A stretch of DNA of 64,000 nucleotides from Actinomycetes bacterium (GCA_009787085.1 WRGR01000039.1:1105-65104); one strand, 5' to 3'; positions 1 to 9,163 are shown, counted from the first letter of the stretch. Notes: generated by a model not told the origin, from the sequence alone. Translations and numbers: made by a program.

Positions 1-1
1 G

Positions 2-634
2 ATAAGGGATAAGGGTGAGGTGGGGCGGCTGCTGAAAACTGTTGGCTTGGACGGCGTGAAGAAGCCCTTCAAGGCCTTCTCACTGGGCATGAGGCAACGC
101 TTGGGCATTGCTGGCGCACTGCTGGGGTCGCCGACGGTGATAGTCCTAGACGAGCCGATTAACGGCCTCGACCCGCAGGGCATTATCGATATGCGAGAAG
201 TGATCAAAGAGGCTCATTCTCAGACTGGCGCGACTTTCATTATCTCATCCCATATCTTAGCTGAGCTGGACTTGGTGGCCACCCAGTTCGGCTTTATCGA
301 GCAAGGGGTGCTGATCAAAGAGATATCCCATACAGAATTACATGAGCATACCAGGAAGTCCTTGGTTATCGAAGTGGACGATGTGTTGCTGGCGCAGGCA
401 GTGCTGAAGCCTCTGGGGGCCAGCGTGGCTGCAGTCAACGGCAACCGGATGACGCTGGCCAGCCATCTTGACCAATCGAACTATCTGGCCAGGGCCTTGT
501 TGGATGGCGGCGTAGAGCTTTATGACCTGCACCGGCAGGAAACCACCTTGGAAGAATACTTCATGCGCTTGATAGGGGGTGGCAAACGGGATGCGGAAAA
601 TGATCCAAGGCGAGATATATCGCTTGCTTCATAA
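2..634 (+). CDS. ABC transporter ATP-binding protein (5'-truncated by the window edge)
   Basis: Frame is open from position 2. Signature FSLGMRQR, Walker B/D-loop IVLDEPINGLD, H-loop ISSH, C-terminal TLEEYF. Confidence 0.9.
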   Translation: MRDKGEVGRLLKTVGLDGVKKPFKAFSLGMRQRLGIAGALLGSPTVIVLDEPINGLDPQGIIDMREVIKEAHSQTGATFIISSHILAELDLVATQFGFIEQGVLIKEISHTELHEHTRKSLVIEVDDVLLAQAVLKPLGASVAAVNGNRMTLASHLDQSNYLARALLDGGVELYDLHRQETTLEEYFMRLIGGGKRDAENDPRRDISLAS

Positions 635-1319
635 AAAAAGCATATACATTTATTTTGCTATCATGGCCGCCGCCTATCTTCTTTTTGTGTTCGTCCGTTC
701 AGGTGGCTTTGGCGGGCAGTCGGTTATCGATGATGCGTCGAGCGTGTTTTACTTTCTGCCCGCGCTGGCCGGCGGCTTTTTGTTTGCGGCTATTTACACG
801 GACGACCTGAACTCAAAGAACCTGATTACGCTGGTTGGCTATGGGTTGAGCAAAACAAAGATCGTGATCACCAAGATCATTCTGGCCGCGCTGCTAAACT
901 TGGTCTTTTTCGCCATCTTGCCGCTTTTTCACTATGCTTTATACAGTCTGTTCGGCTGCCCGGTGGCGACTGGCCAAGTGGCTCAGCTCTATGCGATCGC
1001 CAGTAAATACTTGCTGATGACCCTAGCTTATTCAGTAATTTCCAGCATCGTAGCCTACGGTCTGCAGCGTTCCACTTTTGCCATTGTCACTTATATCCTA
1101 TTTGCATTTGGCGTCGTCGGTACTTTGATAAATGTGCTTATAAATCTTCTCAACTTGAATATCCGTGATTATCTCTTGTCCGGCCTTACAGACAAGATAA
1201 TGATCGGCTTGATCGGCGGTGACCCTTTGGTTTTGCCCATCATCGGCTACGCTGCCTACGTCGTTGTTGCGGCGGTACTCTCAACAGTAGCGTTCAGTAA
1301 GAAGGAAATGGAGTTTTAG
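591..1319 (+). CDS. ABC exporter permease (ABC-2 type)
   Basis: About 6 hydrophobic segments; overlaps the ATPase; typical N-terminal GEIYRL and C-terminal FSKKEM. Confidence 0.8.
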   Translation: MRKMIQGEIYRLLHKKSIYIYFAIMAAAYLLFVFVRSGGFGGQSVIDDASSVFYFLPALAGGFLFAAIYTDDLNSKNLITLVGYGLSKTKIVITKIILAALLNLVFFAILPLFHYALYSLFGCPVATGQVAQLYAIASKYLLMTLAYSVISSIVAYGLQRSTFAIVTYILFAFGVVGTLINVLINLLNLNIRDYLLSGLTDKIMIGLIGGDPLVLPIIGYAAYVVVAAVLSTVAFSKKEMEF

Positions 1320-1321
1320 AG

Positions 1322-1717
1322 ATGACCAAGAAGCCCGGGTTCTGGATCGTTGTTGGTGTGGTCGTCGTCCTAGTCGTGGCGGCGGCAGTTTGGGGCAAGC
1401 AGTACTACGAGAACCGTTATGTGGGGCGAGACTATTACGCGATGGTGCCTCTGAGCTACGATATCACGCCACAAATGATGCATGATTCTGGCGGTGCAGA
1501 AGTCGGCCTAGGCAAGACCTTTGACTTGAAGGCCTATAATGAGCATGGGGAAGAAAAGGACATCAGCTTCATCGTCGTTGGTGACGATGTTGCAAGATAT
1601 CCCCAACAAGGTGCGTTTTTGCTGGTAAATGCCAGTAACCAGATAGTGTTAAACTGGAGTTTGATAGACAAGGGCAGCATACCGGCAGCTGCGCTGGCAA
1701 AGATCGAGGCAAAGTAG
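1322..1717 (+). CDS. YxeA/DUF1093-family membrane-anchored protein
   Basis: Single N-terminal TM, then YY..Y.LKAYNEHGEEKDISF and a C-terminal IP..AL.K. The context matches the B. subtilis yxdLM-yxeA arrangement. Confidence 0.7.
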   Translation: MTKKPGFWIVVGVVVVLVVAAAVWGKQYYENRYVGRDYYAMVPLSYDITPQMMHDSGGAEVGLGKTFDLKAYNEHGEEKDISFIVVGDDVARYPQQGAFLLVNASNQIVLNWSLIDKGSIPAAALAKIEAK

Positions 1718-1856
1718 CCAAAGTAACCGAGAGCCGGGCAATTATTAAATGATGAGGGGAACAAAGACGAACCCCCATAATCAAAAAGGGTGACAGTAGC
1801 TCACTCTCTTTTGGGGAAGCACAACGACTGGGTTCGTAGGAAGGTGAAGGACACGG

Positions 1857-2795
1857 GTGTCGGAGGCAATTAGGGTATTGGGGCTGCGCAAGTCCTTCAA
1901 GACACAGACGGTTCTCGATGACGTGTGCTTCACCGTTGCTGACGGCGAGGTATTTGCCCTGCTAGGCTCCAACGGAGCCGGAAAAACAACGCTGATAAAA
2001 ATACTCACCACCTTGCTCCGTGCTGATGGCGGCAGCGCTGCGGTGTGCGGTTACGATGTCGCAAAACAAGGCCGGCGTGTTCGCGAGTCCATCAGCCTGA
2101 CCGGGCAATCCACGGCAGTGGACGACATCCTCAGCGGCCGTGAGAACCTCATCATGATGGCCAAGCTGCGTCATCTTAGCGACCCGAAGTCCGAAGCCGA
2201 AAGGCAACTGGCACAGTTCGGGCTGACCGATGCCGCGAACAAGCCGCTCTCAGCCTACTCCGGCGGCATGCGGCGGCGCTTGGACTTGGCGATGAGCATG
2301 ATTGGCAGCCCACAGGTCGTCTTCCTCGATGAGCCGACGACAGGGCTTGACCCGCAGGGGCGGCTTGCGGTTTGGGAAACCATCCGTGCCATGGGCAAAT
2401 CCGGCGTGACGGTTTTTCTCACCACGCAATATCTTGAAGAGGCGGACAGCCTTGCCGATAGAATTGCCATTCTGCACAACGGTAGCATTGTTGCGCAAGG
2501 CTTGGCGGCAGAGCTGAAGCGCCTTGCGCCGCCGCCCAAACTGGTGTTCAGCTTTTTGGAGGAAGGTGACATGGCGCAGGCCAGCGGTGTTCTTGCGGCC
2601 TACGATGTAAAGAGCGAGGCGTTGACACTGACAGTCACCACAGATGGCAGTGTAGGCCAAACTACGGAGATTCTAAGTCAATTGGAGGGTGCAGGCATTG
2701 TAGCGACCTTCGCCCAAAAGCCGCCGACGCTCGAAGAGGCGTTCCTGACGATCATCAGGGAGGGGCAGCATGAGCCTCAAGTATGCGTTAAGTGA
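1857..2795 (+). CDS. DrrA-like ABC exporter ATP-binding protein
   Basis: Walker A GSNGAGKTT, signature YSGGMRRR, FLDEPTTGLD, TTQYLEEAD. Confidence 0.9.
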   Translation: MSEAIRVLGLRKSFKTQTVLDDVCFTVADGEVFALLGSNGAGKTTLIKILTTLLRADGGSAAVCGYDVAKQGRRVRESISLTGQSTAVDDILSGRENLIMMAKLRHLSDPKSEAERQLAQFGLTDAANKPLSAYSGGMRRRLDLAMSMIGSPQVVFLDEPTTGLDPQGRLAVWETIRAMGKSGVTVFLTTQYLEEADSLADRIAILHNGSIVAQGLAAELKRLAPPPKLVFSFLEEGDMAQASGVLAAYDVKSEALTLTVTTDGSVGQTTEILSQLEGAGIVATFAQKPPTLEEAFLTIIREGQHEPQVCVK

Positions 2796-3534
2796 CACAT
2801 TGGTGATGACCGGTCGGGTGATGAGGCAGGTGGTCCGCAGCCTCGACACGGTGATCACCGTCTTGCTGATGCCGGTTGCCATGCTGTTGGCCATGAACTA
2901 TGTGCTTGGCGGTGCGATGGACTTGGGCGGCATCAAAACGGCTGACTATATGCTGTCTGGAATTATAATGATCTGCGTCTTGTCGGGCGTGTCCTATACC
3001 GCCTACCGGCTTCATGTGGATGTGCAGAAAGGGATATTCGAGCGGTTTCATTCTCTGCCCGTCGCCAAGTCGAGCATCCTTGGCGGCCATGTTCTGACAT
3101 CCGTCGCCAGCAATGCCGTATCCGTTGTTGCCATCGTCCTCGTCGGCCTGCTCATCGGCTTTCGTCCGGAAGCAGGGCTGTTTGGATGGCTCTTGGTGAT
3201 TCTGGTGATTTTGTTGTTCATCGTGGCCATGACATGGATAAGCGTGTTTTTCGGGCTTGTTGCAAAATCGGTGGAGACGGTCGGCGTTTTCGCTTACCTT
3301 TTGCTGGGACTGACGTTTACGAGTTCAGCGTTTGCCCCGCCCGATACCATGCCAGCTGCGTTGGCAGCCTTTGCCAAGTATCAGCCGATGACACCGATTG
3401 CCGACAGCATGAGGCTTTTGCTGCTTGGCGGACCAGCGGGCAACAGCCTAGTGATCGCCTTGGCTTGGTGCTTCGTTATTGCCGCTGTGTTTTGGCTGCT
3501 GTCCGTCAAGGCCTACGGTCGTCGGCAACGGTAA
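2770..3534 (+). CDS. DrrB-like ABC-2 permease
   Basis: 6 TM segments, GIFERFHSLP, SSAFAP..TMP..L; overlaps the ATPase. Confidence 0.88.
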   Translation: MSLKYALSDTLVMTGRVMRQVVRSLDTVITVLLMPVAMLLAMNYVLGGAMDLGGIKTADYMLSGIIMICVLSGVSYTAYRLHVDVQKGIFERFHSLPVAKSSILGGHVLTSVASNAVSVVAIVLVGLLIGFRPEAGLFGWLLVILVILLFIVAMTWISVFFGLVAKSVETVGVFAYLLLGLTFTSSAFAPPDTMPAALAAFAKYQPMTPIADSMRLLLLGGPAGNSLVIALAWCFVIAAVFWLLSVKAYGRRQR

Positions 3535-3611
3535 CCAGCGGCAAAGTCCGGAAAAGCTGCAGGGAATGCCCGCCTCCCTGAATGCTACCGTCGTGGCGAA
3601 GTCGATATATC

Positions 3612-3846
3612 TCAGCAAGCAGTCTTGACGTTATCGGGCGCAGATGGCCGCTTATGCTCGGCAAGCCATTTCTTTCGATATTCGTTCAAACTCAGATGAT
3701 TTGCGCCTCCGGAATATTCCGGATCATCATTTTGAACCCCGTCATCCTGCCAGCTGCAAAGCGGGCAGATCTCAGAGATGCTGCCTTCTGGAAGCGTGGT
3801 GAACCCGCAGCATGCACATGTTTTATTTTTGTCCCATACTTCTCAA
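3612..3846 (-). pseudogene. Cys-rich CPCC-family protein with a +1 frameshift near the start (absent from the ORF track)
   Basis: The minus strand reads KTCACCGFTTLPEGSISEICPLCSWQDDGVQNDDPEYSGGANHLSLNEYRKKW. GGGAGG (3853-3858) precedes TTG 3846 and ATG 3837, which are one base out of frame at an A5 run (3826-3830). Confidence 0.75.
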
Positions 3847-4094
3847 CCTGATCCTCCCAATAATCCAAAGCTCCTTTCAGTTTACGGAGGTATCCACATA
3901 GTAGTTTATATGCTGGTATGTATGAATAATCTGCAAAATAGTTGTAAATAAATTGAGATGAATCTATTGCAATGATGACATTTGCATGGTAGCCTCGGAG
4001 TGGCTTGAACTCAATGGGGTTTGGGGGGGTGGCCGCAAGGGATCCAAGGGGGAACCGTGTGCAGTCGGCTATGGCTGCCTTGAGAAAGGAGAAC

Positions 4095-4514
4095 TTGAGG
4101 GTGCATTGGCGGACAAAAACAGGGGATCAGAATCCGCTGCGGTGGGGGGGGGTTGGTAAGAGGGGCATCCTAGCCCGGGCGGCAGCGGCGTTGCTGGCTG
4201 TCGCGTTGGCGGTGGGCCTTCTGCCCGCCGTGCCGTTCTTTGCGGCAGGGGTAGTGCGCATCGTCACCCCCGACGGAGTGGGGGTCGGGCACCGTACGCT
4301 TGTGCCGGGCGGCAGCGCCGGCCCGTTCAACATCGTGCTCAATAATGTAGACGATAGCCAGTCCACTGTCAGGTGGGCTACTGTGACTGCCAAGGCCGCC
4401 GACGGCTCGAACAAGTCCGCCGCCTGCAAGGTGACGGTGACCCGGCCGGTCACCGGGGTCACGCTGGACAAGGCATCGTCGACGCTCACGGTCGGGTTTA
4501 GGCCGGGACATTAA
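4095..4514 (+). pseudogene. Truncated secreted/surface protein with a partial bacterial Ig-like (Big_2) repeat
   Basis: RBS AAGGAG then TTG 4095 or GTG 4101; signal-peptide-like LARAAAALLAVALAVGLLPA; ATVTAKAADGSNKSAACKVTVTRPVTGVTLDK is Big_2-like but incomplete and ends abruptly. Confidence 0.55.
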
Positions 4515-4520
4515 GGAGGC

Positions 4521-5024
4521 ATGATGAGACGCTTGATGAAGAAGGCACTGATATCATTGGCCATGGCACTGGCTGCGGCAGCGGCCATCGCCCCGTCCGC
4601 CGCCTACGCGGCCACGGCAGCGCCCGCTCCCGCACCCCCAGCCGCACTCTACGCCGGGCGTGTGGATTCCGACACCCTGAAGCTCACTTGGAAGGCTGCC
4701 GAGGGCATCGACGGCTACGTGGTCTTGCGCTACGATGCGGCCAAGAAGTCCTACAGGAAGGCCGCTGTGGTGGGCAAGAGGGCGACCAGCTGGACGGACA
4801 AGGCCACCCTGGCCAACAAGACCTACAGCTACAAGATGCGCTCCTACAAGGCGGCCGGCGGCAAGAGGACCTACAGCGCCCTGACCTACGCGGTGTCGTC
4901 CAAGACGCACAGCCCCGTCGCCAAGAAGACCAACGTCCAGAGGGTCACGGCGCCCAAGGCGCTGACTTTGGGCATTAGGCAGGCCGTGCCGCTGAGGGCC
5001 AAGATTCTCCACGGATCATCCTGA
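4521..5024 (+). CDS. Secreted fibronectin type III-domain protein, probably C-terminally truncated
   Basis: RBS AAGGAGG; signal peptide; FN3 pattern LKLTWKAAEGIDGYVVLRY...TSWTD...YSYKMRSY. It ends where the helicase remnant begins. Confidence 0.65.
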   Translation: MMRRLMKKALISLAMALAAAAAIAPSAAYAATAAPAPAPPAALYAGRVDSDTLKLTWKAAEGIDGYVVLRYDAAKKSYRKAAVVGKRATSWTDKATLANKTYSYKMRSYKAAGGKRTYSALTYAVSSKTHSPVAKKTNVQRVTAPKALTLGIRQAVPLRAKILHGSS

Positions 5025-5416
5025 AGAGCCACAGTTCTGGAAGACCATATAGCGTTGTTCGAACCCATCAAGAATCCTGTAGTTCTTCTTCAGCCGAGTG
5101 CGCTCAAGGTTGTTTTTGATCAGTCCCAAGCAGATCGAGTGAAACGTGCCGACATACATTTCGTTGATGTTAGCGACGATGTCCCGTTCGGCCAGCTCGT
5201 TCGTTATTCTCGTGACCAGCTCTTTGGCAGCTTTTCCGTAAACGTAGCTACCAGAATCTCTTCAGACCTGACACCCTTCTCTTGGATGAGGCACACTGCG
5301 CGCTGAGCCAAGGTAAAGGTTTTCCCGGTGCCGGGGCCAGCAGTGATCAGCACTGGGCCATCCGTGGCCGTAATGGCCATTATCTGGTTGTCGTTGGCAC
5401 CCTTGAAATCGAACAC
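5025..5416 (-). pseudogene. UvrD/PcrA-family helicase N-terminal fragment, frameshifted
   Basis: RBS AGGAGG and GTG start; GPVLITAGPGTGKT and ILVATFTEK. After a -1 shift at 5232-5235 it continues AAKELVTRITNEL...YVGTFHSICL...QRYMVFQN, then breaks off. Confidence 0.85.
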
Positions 5417-5487
5417 TTGCCCTCCTGCCTAAGCCGCTGGGTGCTAGCTCGTCCAGCTCATAACCCGGCATAGCAGCATCAATCAGC

Positions 5488-5554
5488 ATCTCCCTAACGA
5501 ATCTCCCTAACGAATCTCCCTAACGAATCTCCCCAACGAATCTCCCTAACGAAT
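5488..5554. repeat. 13-bp tandem repeat x5 (ATCTCCCTAACGA)
   Basis: Units start at 5488, 5501, 5514, 5527 (one mismatch) and 5540. The last unit contains the stop codon of the flavoprotein gene. Confidence 0.95.
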
Positions 5555-6172
5555 AAAGTTCGTCCAAGCCCGGTCTGTTAGCTGCGGGTGTGTTAGGCCG
5601 GCGGCGGATCCGGCTTGGATGGACTTGATCAGCCAAGCCATGTTGGCGCCTAGGTAATAGGCGGTCTGCATGCCTTCAAGGTCTTGTTTTACCTCTTCAG
5701 CCTGCGATCCGTGCACCATTGGCCAGTAAAACGAGCTGACCAGCGGCATTTGGGCATAAAGCGGATACTTCTGGATCTGCTCCAAGGCAGCAGTGGTGCC
5801 CGCCCGTCGGGCAGAGACCACGCAGGCCGCCGGTTTGGCGGCATAAAGCGAGCCGCCGGCAAAAAACATCCTGTCCAAGCAGCTCTTCAAGGCACCGTTG
5901 ACCCCGGCAAAATATACCGGTGAGCCAATGACCAGGCCATCGGCTGCGACTAGCTGGTCGATTAGGGCGTTGATGCCGTCGTCGGCACCGAAAGCGCAGC
6001 GCCGGGTCTTACGGCAGCCACCGCAGCCGATGCAGGGCTTCAGGGCCTCCTTGCCGATCCAGACAATAGAGGTATCGATGCCGCCGTCTCCAAGGCCGCG
6101 TGCCACCTCTTGGAGGGCGGTGAAAGTGCAGCGTTTTTCGTGGGCGCTGCCGTTGAGCAGTAATACTGACAT
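5546..6172 (-). CDS. Flavodoxin-family iron-sulfur flavoprotein (NADPH-dependent FMN reductase family)
   Basis: LLLNGS...CT, CIGCGGC....C, GSPVYFAG, SARRAGTT, YWPMVHG. Confidence 0.9.
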   Translation of the reverse strand: MSVLLLNGSAHEKRCTFTALQEVARGLGDGGIDTSIVWIGKEALKPCIGCGGCRKTRRCAFGADDGINALIDQLVAADGLVIGSPVYFAGVNGALKSCLDRMFFAGGSLYAAKPAACVVSARRAGTTAALEQIQKYPLYAQMPLVSSFYWPMVHGSQAEEVKQDLEGMQTAYYLGANMAWLIKSIQAGSAAGLTHPQLTDRAWTNFIR

Positions 6173-6335
6173 GTTTTTCTCCTTCTCTCTTTTTTTGCTA
6201 GACGCATTACAGATGTCTCTTGGTGATTATAGACCTAACAAGGCATGGAAATAAAGGTTATAATGTTCCTGCGTACAGATAGATTTCCTGCAGACAGGCA
6301 ATTGATTATGGGGGAAGAGAGGCAAGCTCTGCTCA

Positions 6336-8429
6336 ATGACTGCGTTCATTGAAAGGATCGCAATCCGGCTCTCTGAGAACCGGATGGCGCGGATTATCAA
6401 CAAAGGCCTGATCAACCTGATCCCATTTATTCTGATCGGGGCGATCTGTTTGGCTACGTTGGAAATTCCCATCCCGGCCTACCAGCATTTCATAAGCACC
6501 GTGCTGGGCGGGAGTTTCTTGATGGTGCTGAACGATGCGACGTTCGAGGTCATTGCCTTGGCGGCGTTGCTCTCGGTGTCCCATGCCAGTGCCAGGGAGC
6601 ACCGTTCGACCCGCAATAGCTCGGTTCATGTGGTTATCCCGATGTTCGTCAGCTTTGCCGCCTTCACGATTCTTTTTGCCAGTTGGGATCGGGTGGATAA
6701 GATATTCTATTTCACCGACCTCGGCGCTTCGGGCATGTTCCGCGCCTTTCTGGTAGGCCTGGTGGCCACCGAGCTTTTCTTCTACTTCGCCCGCTTTGGC
6801 GACTGGCTGCTTCCCGACCGTATCGGTTTTGACGCCTACTTGCAAATCCGCTCGGCCTTCCGTTCCATCATCCCCATCATCCTCACCCTTTTGGTCTGTA
6901 CCGGGCTGCGTTTTGGCTTAGATCAGTTGGTCGTCCTGACTGGCATCGATAGCGAGTTCGGGAAGCTGATCAAGGCCAACTTGGTCAACGACTCGCTGCC
7001 CGCAGTCATCCAAACCGTGCTCTATTCGCAGGTTCTGGGCTTTTTTGGTGTTCACTATTTGTCGTCGTTTTCCTTCTTTCCCTTTGTCCGCGACATTGCC
7101 GCCTCCGGATCCACCCCCGTAATGTTTGCCAGCCAAGACTTTTACTTGCAGTTTGTGGCCATTGGCGGTGCCGGGGCAACGCTGGGGCTGATCGTCGCCC
7201 TCTTTGCTGTGGGTTCCCGGGGGAAGAACCGCAGTTTTGCCAGGGCGGCTATTTTCCCAGCTGTCTTCAATTTGAACGAACCGTTGCTCTACGGCTTCCC
7301 AATTGTCTTGAACCCCTTTATGTTCATACCGTTCTTGCTGGCACCGATGGTGGCGGCGATACTCGGTTTCATCTGCTTCAGCACCGGCATCGTGCCGCCG
7401 ATCATCAATGATGTCAGTTGGACATGTCCGCCTCTGATCTCCGGTTACCTCTCGACCGGGTCGCTGGCCGGCACGGCCTTGCAATGCGTGAGCATCGCTG
7501 CCTCCATCGGCCTTTACATACCTTTCGTCACTGCTCAGAAGGGCTTTGAGCGCAAGCAGTACGAACAGAACTTCAACCTGCTGCAAAAAACCGCCGAATC
7601 GGCCATCAAAAGCGAGTATCTGACGATCATCGACCGTGACGACGCCGTGGGCGAGATCGCCCGGGATTTCTCCATCAAACTGCGGGAATATGCCCTAGAC
7701 GGCCAGCTGCCTTTCACTATGGCCTATCAGCCGAAGGTGGACAAGCACAACAAGCTGGTCGGCTGCGAGGCGTTGTTGCGCTGGCATGGCACCGAGACCA
7801 AGAACATCTCGCCGCTGCTGCTGGTGGAGCTGATGGACGAGTCCGGCCTCTCCTCGGTGCTGGGGCGCTGGGTCACCGAGACTTGCATTCGGGAGTTCGC
7901 GGAACTGAAGGCCGGCGGTATCGAGGATTTGCGGATGTCACTGAACCTGAACCCCCGCCACTTGGCTGTTGATGACGGCTTCCTGAAATTCTTAAAGGAG
8001 CTGCGCGACCATTACCGCCTACAGCCCGGCGAGGTGGAGCTGGAGATCACCGAACACGCGATGGTGCGCCACAACATGGAGATGCGTAGGCTGTTTCGGA
8101 GCATGCGCGACCTAGGCTATAGCTTGGCCATCGACGACATGGGGGTAGGCTACAGCTCGCTCAGCTATATCAGCGACTTCGAGGTGCGCACGGTGAAGAT
8201 CGATGCCTCGATGATCGACCGTGTCGAGGACGACTACCAGCAGCAAGAGATCGTCCGCTCCATCACCAACCTGGCCAAGCCGCTGGCCTTGACGGTGGTG
8301 GCGGAGGGCGTGGAGAAAGAGGGCCAGGTGGAGAGCTTGATCCAACTGGGCGTGGAGGTCTTCCAAGGCTATTACTTCAGCCGCCCGCTGACCAAGCAGG
8401 ACTTCATCGAGTTCGCCAAGTCGCACTGA
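6336..8429 (+). CDS. PTS EIIC (cellobiose/lactose family) fused to an EAL c-di-GMP phosphodiesterase domain
   Basis: EIIC motifs IGGAGATLGL, PAVFNLNEPLLYGFPIVLNP, W..PPLISG, YIPFV. EAL motifs YQPKV, EALLRW, ELEITE, IDDMGVGYSSL, KID, EGVE, QGYYFSRP. Confidence 0.92.
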   Translation: MTAFIERIAIRLSENRMARIINKGLINLIPFILIGAICLATLEIPIPAYQHFISTVLGGSFLMVLNDATFEVIALAALLSVSHASAREHRSTRNSSVHVVIPMFVSFAAFTILFASWDRVDKIFYFTDLGASGMFRAFLVGLVATELFFYFARFGDWLLPDRIGFDAYLQIRSAFRSIIPIILTLLVCTGLRFGLDQLVVLTGIDSEFGKLIKANLVNDSLPAVIQTVLYSQVLGFFGVHYLSSFSFFPFVRDIAASGSTPVMFASQDFYLQFVAIGGAGATLGLIVALFAVGSRGKNRSFARAAIFPAVFNLNEPLLYGFPIVLNPFMFIPFLLAPMVAAILGFICFSTGIVPPIINDVSWTCPPLISGYLSTGSLAGTALQCVSIAASIGLYIPFVTAQKGFERKQYEQNFNLLQKTAESAIKSEYLTIIDRDDAVGEIARDFSIKLREYALDGQLPFTMAYQPKVDKHNKLVGCEALLRWHGTETKNISPLLLVELMDESGLSSVLGRWVTETCIREFAELKAGGIEDLRMSLNLNPRHLAVDDGFLKFLKELRDHYRLQPGEVELEITEHAMVRHNMEMRRLFRSMRDLGYSLAIDDMGVGYSSLSYISDFEVRTVKIDASMIDRVEDDYQQQEIVRSITNLAKPLALTVVAEGVEKEGQVESLIQLGVEVFQGYYFSRPLTKQDFIEFAKSH

Positions 8430-8525
8430 CACTGTGCCCGGGCATGTCATAGTTATTGTGCTACAATACTGAAGTTTGTCCATCTGTCATCCCTGATTGG
8501 AAACCAGGGCAAAGGAGATAGAGCA

Positions 8526-9065
8526 ATGAGAAAGAATATCCATCCTGAATATGTGGAGTGCCAAGTGCGTTGTTCCTGCGGCAACACCTTCACCACTCGG
8601 GCGACCAAGCCCAGCTTGCACGTCGAGTTGTGCAACGAATGCCATCCGTTCTATACTGGCCAACAGAAGTTCGTCGATACCGGCGGACGTGTCCAACGCT
8701 TCTCGGACAAGTACGGTTCGGCTTCGGCTGCTGTTGCCGAGCGTGAAGCTGCCCGGCGCGAGGCCAAGGCCAAGGCCGCCGCTGAAGCCGAAGCGGTTGC
8801 CCGCGCCGCCCGTGAGCAGAAGGCGGCTGAGAAGGCTGCCAAGGCTGCCCAGTATGCCGAGAAGGCCCCGACTGCCAAAGCGGCTGCCGATACTGCTGCT
8901 ACTGCCGATGAGGCTGCTGATGCGGCGGCACCTGCGACCGATAGAGCTGAAGTTGAAGCTGAGGTTGCCGAGGCCAGCGAAGCCGCTGAGGCTTCGTCTG
9001 CCACCGAGGCCGAGACAGCACCTGCCGAAGATGCTGGCACTGATGCCGAGGTAGAACAGGCTTGA
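8526..9065 (+). CDS. rpmE: 50S ribosomal protein L31 (Zn-binding type) with a long Ala/Glu-rich C-terminal extension
   Basis: [33 protein letters not shown]; RBS AAGGAG. Confidence 0.96.
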   Translation: MRKNIHPEYVECQVRCSCGNTFTTRATKPSLHVELCNECHPFYTGQQKFVDTGGRVQRFSDKYGSASAAVAEREAARREAKAKAAAEAEAVARAAREQKAAEKAAKAAQYAEKAPTAKAAADTAATADEAADAAAPATDRAEVEAEVAEASEAAEASSATEAETAPAEDAGTDAEVEQA

Positions 9066-9133
9066 GTTGGCGGTTTCGTTAGGTGTACGGCATCTAGGCA
9101 CGGTGTGCAGACGGTTACTGTCAGCAAACAGCG

Positions 9134-9163
9134 GGAGGGTCGGCCAATGAGGCCGGCTCTCCC
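9134..9163 (+). terminator. GC-rich hairpin after rpmE (possible terminator, no U-tract)
   Basis: GGGAGGGTCGGCC-AATGA-GGCCGGCTCTCCC. Confidence 0.45.

Noticed and set aside
3582-3851. 89-aa plus-strand ORF
   Set aside because: It is antisense to the better-supported CPCC frame.
3987-3995. Duplicate of the tRNA-Glu 3' end (att site)
   Set aside because: Only about 8 nt match (TGGTAGCC), which is expected by chance.
5055-5306. 83-aa plus-strand ORF
   Set aside because: It is the antisense shadow of the UvrD remnant.
5488-5554. CRISPR array
   Set aside because: The 13-bp units are contiguous with no spacers, and no cas genes are present.
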